NCBI RefSeq assembly: GCF_001194135.2
Contig: NC_068999.1
Location: forward strand, 31,203,719-31,267,718
Length of the DNA: 64,000 nucleotides
Reading direction: 5' to 3'
From: Octopus bimaculoides
Lineage: Eukaryota
Below the pieces are notes generated by a model, which saw nothing but the letters and a program-made list of their open reading frames with translations, was not told the origin of the DNA and ran no database searches. Every line of letters starts with the position of its first letter. The stretch's first letter is position 1. Shown one piece after another: positions 13,008 through 24,490 of this stretch. The translations under genes were made by a program, and so were the position numbers.

Positions 13008-14227
13008 GGTGCGTCAGTATTTTGAGGTCATTTGTATGTAGGAATGAAGAAAAAGAAGTATAGCACATCAGAGAAAAACTAATTAAATGAAAATTGGTAC
13101 AAATAATTTTAAGAGTCCTTACAACATTTCTATTCAATAAATACACCATTAGCCTTAATGATGGCTTCAGTTTGGGGTCTGAAGCATTGACATGCATGAA
13201 TCAGATGGTCTTTATCAATTTCGGACATAGTCATTGTTATAGTGGACTTGAGAGATTGAATGGTATTATGAGATTGTTGATTGACCTTTCTTTCAATGAT
13301 GCTCCACATGTAATAGTCTAGTGGACTGAAGTCAAGTGAGCTTAGGAGGCCATGTGTCTGGGGTAGCATGATTCTAAAAATTGACATGCATCCAAGCTTG
13401 GGTTGTTTTAGCCCTATGAAATGGTACAGAGTCTTGTTGGAAGAAGTAAGGTCTTCTGTTACTCACACTGTCTATCCAGGGTCTCAACCTTCTCCAATAC
13501 ATCTGTGTAGGCAGCAGCATTAACTCTTAAGCCCTGTGAAAAAAGTGGGGAGGCATGACATGACCTTCACTGCTAATGACTCCCAGAACCATCACAGCTG
13601 CTGGAAACTTGGTATGCATTACAAATGGAACCTCGCTTGAATCTCTGCATAACCATCTGTCATTCCATGACTTAACCTTTTGATCTTGATCAAAGTTCTT
13701 CTCATCAGAAAAAAGCCAAAGCATTCCAGTTTCTTGATATTTCAATTTGTAGAACAAGCACTTTCCAAAGATCAAATGATTATCTTTTATTGTACCTGAT
13801 ATGAACTGACCTCTTCACACCACATTTGACTTGTAACGGATATCTTCATGCACAACTCTTCTGATGGTGTATTCTGAAACCTTGAAATCTTTTGCAAGGG
13901 CCCTGATTGATATTCCAGGGTTGTGTTGAACTTTTTCCTGTACTTTCTGCACAAATTCTTGGATTCTTATGGTATTAGGACCCTTTACATGTGTTTTGCA
14001 TTTAGCTGCTAATGATGGATCCCCATCAGCAGCTTCCTGGTCATCTCTAACTTTGGCAACCAAGAATTGGGCAACTTTCAAGCATCTTTCTGTATCTACA
14101 GCATGCCTTTTCCTTTGTTTTGTTAATTTCATGTCATTCATCATAAATCTGAAAAAGAAATTAAACAAAGAATTAGTTATAAGAAAGTTAGAGCTATTTA
14201 AAGTGGCTTTCCAAATACTGATATACC

Positions 14228-14230
<3 letters not shown>
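13005..14230 (-). mobile_element. Tc1/mariner DD37D (maT-like) transposon, pseudogenised
   Basis: Motifs WLFSDEKNFDQDQKV, VMVLGVISSEGHVMPPHFF and LDFSPLDYYMWSIIE. TIRs cagggtgcgtcagtatt / aatactgatataccctg, inserted in (TA)n. Confidence 0.88.
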
Positions 14231-14271
<41 letters not shown>

Positions 14272-14611
14272 TTTATTTAAAAGCAGCAGAAATATAACAA
14301 AAGACTGTTACTCGGAGAGTTTCTGCTGCTTTTAAATAAAGCATATTACTCTACCTTTGGTATTTGAGTACTCTTTTTTCCACCTTGTTGCACATTTTAT
14401 GTGCTTACTCCGGTATATATATATATATATATATTCAGTCACTATGAAGATATATAAACCTGTTATAAGGATGGTTCCATCCAAGATACACTGGTTTAAT
14501 ATATTATATTGTGAAGAGATATCTCTTCAATAAATATATTGTAAATATCAAATATTATCATTATTAAGAAAGGAAATGGAGAGATTTAATGGAAATAAAT
14601 TAATTTATTAA

Positions 14612-14716
14612 CATTGCCTACAATTGTTTCAATTTAAACTCAGTACACATTACAAAACATATATAATATGATAAGTTTGCATTTTGAAGATTTTGAGTGA
14701 AATATCATCAGGGTAA
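14612..14716 (-). ncRNA. Degenerate type-I hammerhead ribozyme-like motif
   Basis: Minus strand reads ttacc-CTGATGA-(about 74-nt stem II region)-GAAAC-AATT-GTA-ggcaa. Confidence 0.35.
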
Positions 14717-14999
14717 AAGGACATTAAGGCAGTTTCAGTTGATCAGTTGATCAGAGATACTCCAACAGAATGTGTTTGCATTGATATTTTTATTCAAATA
14801 TAATAATAATAAGCTAAATTATATTAAAAAATATTGAACTATAAAATATAAACCTCAGCATAATTTGAACTCAGAAAGTAAAGTGGGAAGAAATACCACT
14901 GACTATTTCGTCCAGTATACCAACAATTTTGCCAGCATGTCATCTTTATGATGATGGCAATAGTAATAAGAATAAATGTGAAGACGATGATGATATCCC

Positions 15000-15600
15000 T
15001 ATTGCAGATCGATCTCATCATTTTTACAATCCAATGAATGAATCATAACCAATGTGAAGATTCTTTTGGGACATTTTCATCAGCTCAGTTTTCAAACATA
15101 TTCCTTAACATTCTTGTGATTCCTAGTAATGCAGTTCTGATTTTCAATTTCAGTCTGCATCTTCTCCAGCCATAATTTCATTTTCATTGTGATTGTACTG
15201 TAAGTACCCACTTCCACTGGTACAATTTCAACATTTTTCACACTTCACAGCTCGTGCATCTTTTCTTTTCAAACCTTGGTGTTTCTCAGTTTTATTTTTG
15301 TCTTTTTATGATACAGTTGTCTTTTATCACCTGGAAATGCTATAGCAATTATTGTCCAGTGTCTATACTTTTTATTGGTAATAATGTCTGATGTTCTTCC
15401 CTCAATCCTGGATTATACTATATGTTGCAATTCCACAGCTTAACATTCTCATTTTCCTCCACTATATAATATAATACTATATTATATGTGCTTTTATAAT
15501 CTATACACACCATTGCTAAATTCCTATGTCTCCTTGATTTATCAATCAGCAAGTTGATCTTTTGTTCTGCTACTGTTTTTATTTCGGCCATTTTTGTTCA
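15000..15600 (-). mobile_element. R4/Dong-like LINE, C-terminal (restriction-like endonuclease) relic
   Basis: EENENVKLWN...IRTALLGITRMLR resembles the ENxxVKxLWD...QKTALLGTARILR C-terminus; heavily mutated. Confidence 0.5.
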
Positions 15601-17639
15601 TTGCTTAATATTTGCTGAAGAAAGGGAAAAATAGTTTCTCTAATCATTCCTGTTTGTAATTTCCATATAAGTGGAAGACACGACATTAAATGAAAATCAT
15701 GCACTGTATTTCTGAATTGGCATTCAGCATGGTATATAACTCATGTTTTGTGAATTGGAAGAGCTTTTAGTCTTGAATACCTTGTGACATATGAATATGA
15801 GGTCAGCCATTGGCTTACTATAAGGTATAACTATAACTTTTGTCTTGGCTGATACAGATGGTGTCTCCATAAAAAAAGTGATGTTTGGACAACCCTAAAT
15901 TCACTAACACCTTTTTTTATAGTGATGTATAATGACAAAATATTTGGTTGATTGAAAAAAAGAACAAAATCAGGGTGAACTCTAAACAAAAATATTTATT
16001 GTTAAAAAAAAAAAAAACTGTCATTGCAATGATGACATAAAAGAGATATTTACATCAAGTGAGCCAGCTCTTGTGTATCTGCAAGATGTGTGTCAGCAAT
16101 GATAGTGGATCATTGAAGTCATCGCATACCATAGCTGAGTGAGTGACAAGTTTGTACAGTAAGTTGACTTTAGAGATATCATCACCACTGACTAGTTTCA
16201 AACACACTATCTGCCATGGCCTGTCAAAGAAGTGTCAAAGACAAAATTGTTAATGACATTCCAATGTTGTTTCCAACAATTGGTATTCTAATGAGTTAAA
16301 CATCTGCTAGATCTACTGTATTTTTGCCAATCAGTCCAGCTACTGATAAAATCAAGTTCTTAATGTGTTTATCTGAAACCTGAGTAGTTAGTTGCTTGCT
16401 GATGTTCTCAATCCTTGTTTGGATAAAAACCTGTTTGGTGTTTACATTTATTTTCATATCTTGGGTTTAATTCCTAGGCATTGTGTTGGTATTTTGGACT
16501 CTGCAAATATTCCTACAGATGCAAAAGTCACTCAAATTGGCACAAATAACAATGTGATGGGAACTAAAAGTCTGAATGAAGGTTCCTCACCAGGTGGGGT
16601 TTGTGTGGAGTGTCAGGCATTACCGAACCACCAACCAGCTACTGCATACAATAAATAGATTCAAGAAGTAAATGCAATTGCTATTATTGAAATAAGTTGA
16701 TTGATTGATTTATAGCCTGAAGAAATAAGGTAAAGGGTGATAGTGGATATGCAGCTGACAAATGATGATAATGATTTGAACAAGACAAAGAAGATGAGAA
16801 AGCAGAGAATGGTACTGTAGAGGATACAGAATTACCAGAGGAAAGAGAAATAGTTAGGAATAGTGACTGTAAATTAAATGAAGATGATCTAATGAAAATG
16901 ACATAGATAGTTGAAATTATAGAAAACAATTACTTTGGTGGGTACAAATTTTTCAGAAATGTTGAAATAGATTGATTGAATGTGATCATGAAGATTAACT
17001 ATCATCAATGTAAATTAAACAAGCAGTTTGTTAAGAGCTGTCTGTACATATGTAGCAAATAAGATAGGTTGCAAAATAGAATACTAAATAGAAATATCCA
17101 TGATGAAAAAGAAGAACATTAGGAAATAGAGATATGCTGGGGTATATAGGTAAGAGTAAATGTACCACTATAATCCTATGCATGCTTCTTCCCAACAACA
17201 TCTTAATTCTCCTTGGTACATTGCTTTGCAATCCAGAGCACCTCATATCACTGATTTTCACATCTCAAGAAATAGGCAAATTTCTTACTTTTGGTTTCTC
17301 ACTTGCGAAGTATATTTGACATCTAGTTTATCTTCTTGCTATTTGGTATTATTCTCTGCTTCTTTCTTCCACACTATTAGCTTTTATGCTTTTATGTACA
17401 ATAGTATTCCACTACTATATCATCATGTATACCTGGAATTTTGCATCTGCAACAGACAGCATATTGTCAACTAGCATTTCTTGAACCTACAACTGGTTCA
17501 AGTCACCTTCAGTTTCCATATCTTTCTTTTCTGTATTTTCTTGTATTTCTGGGTGAGTCTAGCTCTGAACTCTGAAATGAAGAGTAAAATATATGACATC
17601 TCTATCCAATATAATATGGGCATTGAAAGAAGCAAGCGT

Positions 17640-18975
17640 AAGCATCCCCCCAGATAATATGGATCATTATTGCTAAAACCAGAAAATGGGGTACCAAAAG
17701 TGAACTTTGTATTATTGAAAAGCTAAATATCATCCTGTCAAAAGATAACATCTTAAACATTAGGGATGACACCTCTCTCTACATATGCAAGCAATATTTC
17801 ATACTCCAACATTTCAAAGAGGAACCATCACCCACTCTGCCAATCCCACCAGGATAGTTTCTTTTCCTGAACATGAACATTGATTATATACAACATATGA
17901 ACTCCACACAAAAAATATACATGTCTCCCTGATGAACTCCTTCAATACACAAACATATGAACATTATAATTACTTAGAATATAATGCAAACAAATTCATC
18001 ATCCAGCACAATTTTTTTTCCCAAAAGTCAAAGGCAAGGGAGATACCACTCAAAAGGTTCATCCAAGAATAGCACCCCTTGATTTCTTGTTAGAAATGTT
18101 ATGTGAACCTGTTCGTTGGCTACGTTGAGGACCAAATATTCTCACGATTCCTTGGTCCCATTCCTGAGGTATGTGGTCATTATATCGATGACTGTATTGA
18201 TGCGACCTCACACTCCTGCGACCAACTAGACTCCTCCCTCTCTTTCGTCCAATCCTTCCATCGAATTCTCCTGCACTATTTCCAACACTTCCATCGCATT
18301 TCTCGACATTTCGGTCAGCATACACCACTCCGCTCTCACTAGTTCCATCCACTACAAACACACCGACTCACACTCATACCTTAACTTCTCCTCCTCCCAA
18401 CCTACCCACACCAAGCTCTCTATCCCCTATTCTCAATTTCTCTATCTGTGCAGGCTCTGCAGTGAAAACCATGACTTTGAGACTCAGTCTCAACTCATGG
18501 CTCACCACTTCATCCTTCGTGGATATCCCCTCACCACTATCCACACAGCCCTCGCTAGAGCACGTTCCATTTACCTACCTCTGCTCTCTCTCCCCACACC
18601 TGCCACGCTGTTGCCCGTCTCCCGTTTCCCCCTCACCAATCACCCCTCCACCCTGCCCCTCATTCTCTGAAATATCCGACAACTCCAGTTCGACCACTCC
18701 ACCTCACACATCTTCCCCAACCTACTCCTTCCCTCCTACAAATGAGCCCACAACGTGCGTGATCTCCTGGTGCACACAGTTTCTTCTCTTACCCTCCCCC
18801 CACCTGGATCCCGCCCACGTTGCTGCACTTGTCGCTACCTATCCAAAACCACCATCCTCACAGGTACCCATCATCATCCCTATCATATCACCGACTCCTT
18901 TATGTGTACTTTTAACACCGTTATCCTGCATCTCATGCTCTTTCTGCCCTTCTCTGTACATCGGTCAAATGGGAC
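17640..18975 (+). mobile_element. Penelope-like retroelement, RT plus start of GIY-YIG, pseudogenised
   Basis: YVEDQIF...HYIDDCI, HYKHTDSHSYLNFSS, IPYSQFL, MRDLLVH, CxxC and SLYIGQMGR motifs across frameshifts. Confidence 0.85.
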
Positions 18976-18994
18976 GCCTATATATATATATAAT

Positions 18995-19828
18995 ATTGCA
19001 CATCTGCAACAGGAATTGGACGCAATATACAGGTGGGCTGAGGACAACAACATGCAGTTTAATGCAGGAGAATTCCGGCCCTATGCTACCAGCACACAAA
19101 AGTAAACGACCTGCAGACAAGATACATTGGCCCAGGAGAAACTGCAATCCCTGAATCAAAATCAGTGCATAAACTGGGTATTGATATGAGCAATGATGCA
19201 TCTTTTGAAATGCATATTACCAATTTGGTAATAAAATGAAGACAGCTAGCTGGATGGATCTACAGAATTTACAAGACAAGAGAAATGGAGACATTGATGG
19301 ACCTTTGGAGGACATACATCCTCAGCTGCTTGGACTAGTACTCCCAACTATAGTCACCGCACAATATAAAATTCATGGTAGAACTCGAAGAAATCAAAAC
19401 AAGCTACACTAAGAAAATCATATCAGTGCAACACATCAGCTATTAGGAAAGACTGAAAAAATTAAAACTCTTCTCCCTAGAATGAAGGCGGGAAAGATAC
19501 CAAACTTTTGCAGTTAAAGTTATTTGAAAAGCAGAACAGGGCGCCACTGCATAGTGCCAAACATCCCAGCATCGCCATCAAAATACAGGACCAGATACTG
19601 CAACAGCTTCGATTTCAAACGCCCACAACTCTTTAATATCCTTCCAAAATGCCTGAGAGACCTGCATGGTGTGGATGTAAGTGTCTTTAAAACAAAACTG
19701 GATGTCTTCCTGTCAAGGGTCCCTCACAGCAGGAAACACAGATGAGGGCAGTGGCATCAAACTCCTTCATTGATCAAATGCCACATATCAGAGAAGGTTT
19801 CAAATAATGGTGTAGCTCAGTCAAAGGT
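18995..19828 (+). mobile_element. CR1/L2-group LINE, 3' RT fragment
   Basis: LQQELDAIYRWAEDNNMQFNAGEF, RTGRHCIVP and QLFNILPKCLRDL...FKTKLDVFLSRVP. Confidence 0.8.
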
Positions 19829-20465
19829 NNNNNNNNNNATCTTCTTTTCCAGTGACATTCTTCACTGATATTGAAAAGGTGAAAACAAGCAATGTTAATT
19901 CTCTAAATGAAGTATTAACAGTAACTGCACGATAAAGTGTAGTATATTGCCACTTAAGTGTGGCTGACCCCTAGGGGTGGATGTTACTGTTGCTTTTAGC
20001 CCCAGGAGGACATCTCCTCCAGCTGGCTTATCGACACACGACTGTGTCCTGTTTGCCAAGGGAGTTATCCCTCTCACCTCGACCAGCAGCATATATATTT
20101 ATATATATATATATAATATATACACATGTACATGTGTATGTGTATAGGATGTCACAGAAACAGCTGTAAGGCTTCGAATTTTTCCAATAATGATAACGTA
20201 TATGATCTGAGATGTTTCTTTTGCCTTAACGTTTTTGTCCTCTTTAACAATTATATATCACCACACCACACTACACACCACCACACCATACCACACTACA
20301 CACCACCACAACACAACACACCATCATCCACACATCCACACATTACAGATACACACACTTACACANNNNNNNNNNNNNNNNNNNNNNNNNNNNNNNNNNN
20401 NNNNNNNNNNNNNNNNNNNNNNNNNNNNNNNNNNNNNNNNNNNNNNNNNNNNNNNNNNNNNNNNN

Positions 20466-21142
20466 AAATGATTTTGAAGACTGCGGAATAAATGATAATC
20501 AGATAGGGCAATATCTGGCGAATATGGTGGGTGGGTCATCGTTTCCCATTCAACCTGGTTCAGCCTTTCAAATGTCATCCTCGCTGTATGTGGCCGAGCA
20601 ATAGACTTGGAAAGTTTGTGAGGAACCCATTTACCCAATTTGCCGATTTTTGCGATGGCATGCAGGTGTCAATGAATCGTGGAATGACCAAATCCAAGCT
20701 TCTCTGCTAGTTCCTCAACAGTTACGATGGGAATTTTTTTTATTAAATCTGGGTTTGCTGGACATCTCTGTCGAACTCTACAGATCTTCCAGCACGAAAC
20801 TCACCTTCCAGTCTGTAGTTTCCGGCTTGGAATTCCAGGAACCACCAGTGACATTGACTTATGCTTATTGTCTGATTCCTCGCACATTACGTTACATTGT
20901 TGCCGTTATTGAACTCCTAAAGCAAAATATGCCAAATATTCTCCTTTGTCACATCCATTATAGCTTTGAAAAAATAACTGTTAAAATCGAACTGTACTCT
21001 TCAAAATTTTCACTAAGAATAAGTTCAAGGTAAAATTATTACCTGCTTTTATAGGAAATAGATGCTGGTAGTTTATCCCGCACCCCCTCCGACTTTTAGC
21101 TCATGCAATTGAAAAAACTGCATTATTTATGGGATGAACCAA
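20466..21142 (-). mobile_element. Internally deleted mariner
   Basis: GKWVPHKLS is fused directly to ARPHTARMT...HPPYSPDIALSDYHLFRSLQN. The terminus ttggttcatcccataaataatg lies next to (TA)n; the other end is in the gap. Confidence 0.8.
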
Positions 21143-22484
21143 TATATATATATATATATATGAATGCATAACCAGCTTTGATCTCAGTATATATTTCATG
21201 ATCACATACCCATCACTGTACACATTAGCTTTTGAATTTTTGTGTATATTTATTTATCCCCTACCCAAAAGATGACCAATTACCTCTCCTGTCTCCAATA
21301 ATAACGATCACCAATTACTTCCCCTTAGATTTTTCTACTTATTGAACCATTCATTCATAAGCTTCTCCACACATAACGTGGACTAAAATCTTCTTAAGAA
21401 AATACGAAATTAGAATAATTTCAACGTCATGATAAGCGAAGGTGAAACTGATTGACAAATATGAAATTTATTAAAAAATATATGAAATATATTAAAGCTA
21501 TGTAAAGTGTATGCACTTTCCTTCTTTTATTATACATATATATATATATATATATATATANNNNNNNNNNNNNNNNNNNNNNNNNNNNNNNNNNNNNNNN
21601 NNNNNNNNNNNNNNNNNNNNNNNNNNNNNNNNNNNNNNNNNNNNNNNNNNNNNNNNNNNNNNNNNNNNNNNNNNNNNNNNNNNNNNNNNNNNNNNNNNNN
21701 NNNNNNNNNNNNNNNNNNNNNNNNNNNNNNNNNNNNNNNNNNNNNNNNNNNNNNNNNNNNNNNNNNNNNNNNNNNNNNNNNNNNNNNNNNNNNNNNNNNN
21801 NNNNNNNNNNNNNNNNNNNNNNNNNNNNNNNNNNNNNNNNNNNNNNNNNNNNNNNNNNNNNNNNNNNNNNNNNNNNNNNNNNNNNNNNNNNNNNNNNNNN
21901 NNNNNNNNNNNNNNNNNNNNNNNNNNNNNNNNNNNNNNNNNNNNNNNNNNNNNNNNNNNNNNNNNNNNNNNNNNNNNNNNNNNNNNNNNNNNNNNNNNNN
22001 NNNNNNNNNNNNNNNNNNNNNNNNNNNNNNNNNNNNNNNNNNNNNNNNNNNNNNNNNNNNNNNNNNNNNNNNNNNNNNNNNNNNNNNNNNNNNNNNNNNN
22101 NNNNNNNNNNNNNNNNNNNNNNNNNNNATATATATATATATATATACACACACACCTTACTGTCAATAAAAGCCAAGGTGCACTGGGTTCCATTAATATT
22201 AATAAGTGAAAAAAATGTATAGTAAATGCACAAGTGAAAAACAAACACAGATATGCCAAGTTAAAAAAACATATACTAAGTGCACAGACGAACGGAAAAC
22301 ATGTATCAAATGCACAGATGAACAGAAAACAGACACAGAAGGTCCCTAATTCCTCATCAGTTATCGATCAGAAGGTATGACATAATTGCATGCCTTTAAC
22401 GATAATATTACTTCCTAGCTGGAGGCATTTGCACGAGTTGCATATATGTGTATGTGTCTATATATATACACACATACATACACA

Positions 22485-23790
22485 CATGGTGCGATGGATA
22501 AATTGTCGCCATTTTATATTTTTAATTTTGCGCATGTGCATATTGTTTGTTTTTAATTTTGTCAATAGTACAATAACGCAATTAACTCTGCCAGAAATTT
22601 GGAAACAAAATGCTGTACTGCTTGGCATTCATGCTGGAAGCTCCAATAAAAGCATTTCAGAGTGTTTGGGTGTCAATCTGAGGAGAGTGCAGAGGATTCG
22701 GAAAGGGTTGGATAAGTCTTATGGTGATTAAGAAGGTACGGCTGCTCCAAAAACACTCTGATCATTCTGATAAGAAAAGAGCTCCTGAATTTTTTGGTGA
22801 GATCCAGGCCATGATTCACAACGACCCCTCCAAGTCAATCAGGTCCATCGCCAGAGACATGAGTGTCTGAGTTTCATATCAGGAAGTGCATGAAGATATT
22901 TGGTATCCCTCATACAAGATGAGAAAGGGCCGATTTTTACCCCAAGTCATCAAGGACAGGAAGAAAGACTGTGCTACAAAGCTTTTGAACAAACTCAAGC
23001 ATCCCTTCCAACCGGACATGCTTTGGTTTTTCTCAGATGAGAAAAATCTCTGCCAGGATCAGATGGTAAACACACAGAAGAACTGTTGGCTTGCCGTGTC
23101 CCTAAAACATGCACCAAGTGTGATAAAAATCAAACATCCAATCAACATCATGATGTTTGGAGTGATCACTAGTGATAGTGATGTTATGCCTTCTGCACGG
23201 ACGTCTTCCACATGGCCTCAGACTCAGACGGAAGCCTACATCAAGTGTCTAGAGGGAGTAGTGCTTATTGACCTGGGTCAATAAGGTGNNNNNNNNNNCT
23301 AGAGGGAGTAGTGCTTATTGACCTACGTCAATAAGGTGGCTGCTGGAAGACCCTATGTCTGGCAACAAGACTCTGCACCATGCCACACAAGCAGGAGAAC
23401 CCAGTCATGGCTGTCAGACAATTTCCACGACTTCATCACCCCTAACATCTGGCCACCTAACTCCTCACACTGCAACACCTTTGATTATTATGTGTAGGGT
23501 ACAGTTGAGCGAGGGACCAACAAAACTCCTTGTAACACCAAAGATGAACTGAAGGCAAGGATTATGACAGCATTCACCAACTTAAACAAGGAGACCGTCC
23601 AGAGGAGTTGCAGGAGATTTTGAATTCGTCTGGAGGCCGTGGTTGAAACCAATGGCGATTTTATTGAATCAATTTTCTCTTTACTATTTCAAGATATTTT
23701 TATGTAACTTGATAAATATATCTGTTAAAATGAGATGTCAGTGTTATTTTCATTTTTGCGTAATCTAGACAATTTATTTACCACACCCTG
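22485..23790 (+). mobile_element. Tc1/mariner DD37D (maT-like) transposon, pseudogenised
   Basis: WFFSDEKNLCQDQ motif. The second and third catalytic Asp (QQD at 23369, FD at 23483) are separated by exactly 37 residues. TIRs catggtgcgatggataaattgtc / gacaatttatttaccacaccctg. Confidence 0.9.
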
Positions 23791-23822
<32 letters not shown>

Positions 23823-23858
23823 TGTATGTATGTATGTATGTATGTATGTATGTATGTA
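23791..23858. repeat. (TATG)n microsatellite
   Basis: Seen directly. Confidence 0.95.
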
Positions 23859-23994
23859 TCGCTAAGCATTTCGCCCGGTGTGCTAACGTTTCTGCCAGCT
23901 CGCTGCCTTAATTTTTTATCATGTTCCAAAACTGAAATTTTCTAACGTTAAGGTTTCTTGGACCAAATATGGCTAATACGGCTTTTAATTAAAT

Positions 23995-24490
23995 GTACTG
24001 ACATTGGGCCTCACCGAGGCGATGACTACTGACCGAGACCTTTGGAAATGTGTTGTGCGTGANNNNNNNNNNNNNNNNNNNNNNNNNNNNNNNNNNNNNN
24101 NNNNNNNNNNNNNNNNNNNNNNNNNNNNNNNNNNNNNNNNNNNNNNNNNNNNNNNNNNNNNNNNNNNNNNNNNNNNNNNNNNNNNNNNNAGTGAGATCGT
24201 TGCCAGTGCCCCTGGACTGGCTCTTGTGCGGGTGGCACATAAAAGACACCATTTCGAGCGTGACCGTTGCCAGTACCGCCTGACTGGCCTTCGTGCGGGT
24301 GACACGTAAAAGCACCCACTACACTCTCTGAGTGGTTGGCGTTAGGAAGGGCATCCAGTTGTAGAAACTCTGCCAAATTAGATTGGAGCCTGGTGTTGCC
24401 ATCCGGTTTCACCAGTCCTCAGTCAAGTCGTCCAACCCATGCTAGCATGGAAAGCGGACGTTAAACGATGATGATGATGATGATGATGAT
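23995..24490 (+). mobile_element. RTE LINE 3' end (young-looking copy spanning a gap)
   Basis: LGLTEAMTTDRDLW matches the C-terminus of the other RTEs. It retains CpGs and has a (TGA)n tail. Confidence 0.85.

Noticed and set aside
18462-19154. Longest N-free ORF in the track (230 aa, Pro/Ser-rich)
   Set aside because: An off-frame reading of the Penelope fragment that runs across the (TA)n into the CR1 fragment; not a gene.
21427-22259. Long ORFs spanning N-gaps (also 45916-46440, 51471-52267 and 61096-62370)
   Set aside because: Composed mostly of X residues from gaps.
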